This document shows, piece by piece, positions 34,474 to 34,737 of a DNA stretch of 34,737 bases. Position 1 is the first letter of the stretch; each line of letters opens with the position of its first letter. The position numbers and the translations under genes were made by a program. The notes below the pieces were generated by a model, which was not told the origin of the DNA, searched no databases, and was given only the letters and a program-made list of their open reading frames with translations. The stretch comes from Candidatus Campbellbacteria bacterium CG22_combo_CG10-13_8_21_14_all_36_13 (GTDB taxonomy: Bacteria > Patescibacteriota > Minisyncoccia > Phycocordibacterales > PCTT01), in contig PCTT01000044.1 in assembly GCA_002771585.1 (NCBI GenBank), positions 1 to 34,737 of the forward strand, written 5' to 3'.

Positions 34474-34737
34474 ACTTTAAAAAAATTTTCTTATACTCTG
34501 CCACGTCATTTCTAAGTGCCACAAAGCTCGTGCTATCAAAATACACAACGCTCCACCCGGGCTCCACAGCGATCATCTGTATGAAATTTTGCCCCCATGG
34601 CGTCTGATCAGTGGTACCAAATATAACATATTGTATGTCATATCGCTTCACCATTTCTCTCCACACATCAGGACTTTCTTGCATAGGTTTATACACCTTT
34701 TCAAAAAACTCCGCTGGATATGCTTCTGGTCTATTAT
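34457..34737 (-). CDS. hypothetical protein, C-terminal part (5' end outside the window)
   Basis: The frame stays open upstream of the listed GTG at 34696 through to the window edge (...NRPEAYPAEFFEKVYKPMQESPDVW...). I recognised no motif. Confidence 0.6.
   Translation of the reverse strand, partial: NRPEAYPAEFFEKVYKPMQESPDVWREMVKRYDIQYVIFGTTDQTPWGQNFIQMIAVEPGWSVVYFDSTSFVALRNDVAEYKKIFLKYGFKI

Noticed and set aside
1-34737. Wholesale use of translation table 25 (UGA=Gly) in this genome.
   Set aside because: Only two internal TGAs occur across about 37 genes, four TGAs sit in classic ATGA stop/start overlaps, and all long ORFs are intact under the standard code. I kept it only as a limited or rare-recoding hypothesis in the findings.
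1-34737. tRNA, rRNA, transposase, integrase or prophage genes.
   Set aside because: I saw no T-loop/anticodon-stem architecture, no rRNA-like conserved stretches, and no ORF with DDE, tyrosine-recombinase or serine-recombinase motifs while reading both strands. This negative result comes from reading by eye and should be confirmed with tRNAscan-SE, barrnap and HMM searches.

Overview
This visibly AT-rich 34.7-kb window is almost entirely a cell-surface glycan biosynthesis and export locus. It encodes a Wzm/Wzt-type ABC exporter and 13 soluble glycosyltransferases (5 GT2, 6 GT4-like, 2 GT11). It also has one clear and one possible GT-C membrane glycosyltransferase and a GtrA-family protein. 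Supporting enzymes are four SDR epimerase/dehydratase/reductase paralogues, two sugar-phosphate nucleotidyltransferase-fold proteins, several SAM methyltransferases, an AsnB-type amidotransferase, a HAD hydrolase and a GDPD-family protein. Genes are tightly packed, with ATGA and TAATG start/stop overlaps and convergent genes that share or abut stop codons. Four small accessory genes sit in the few sizeable intergenic gaps: GxxExxY (545-940), a four-helix-bundle protein of the 23S rRNA IVS family (27694-28059), an NYN-domain protein (28291-28827) and a GIY-YIG protein (30305-30583). The unusual material lies at 27.6-33.8 kb. (1) Eight copies of a CCCGTTAGAG/CTCTAACGGG core form four inverted-repeat pairs. 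Three pairs are roughly 110-125-nt hairpins whose distal arm ends exactly in the ATG of the next ORF, and one pair encloses the GIY-YIG gene. (2) A conserved 50-60-nt AT-rich module abuts the start codons of three genes, and a fourth copy lies inverted. (3) A 57-nt copy of a GT4 5' end is stranded 172 nt upstream of the intact gene. (4) A candidate structured RNA lies upstream of the NYN gene, and two candidate plus-strand mini-transcripts lie in an otherwise minus-strand block. (5) Many 7-9-nt tandem arrays are present. Separately, two genes each carry one in-frame TGA at an invariant glycine position, while TGA otherwise behaves as a stop. I recognised no rRNA, tRNA, CRISPR array, transposase or integrase. 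The gene content and repeat style suggest a small-genome, CPR/Patescibacteria-like bacterium, but that is inference only.
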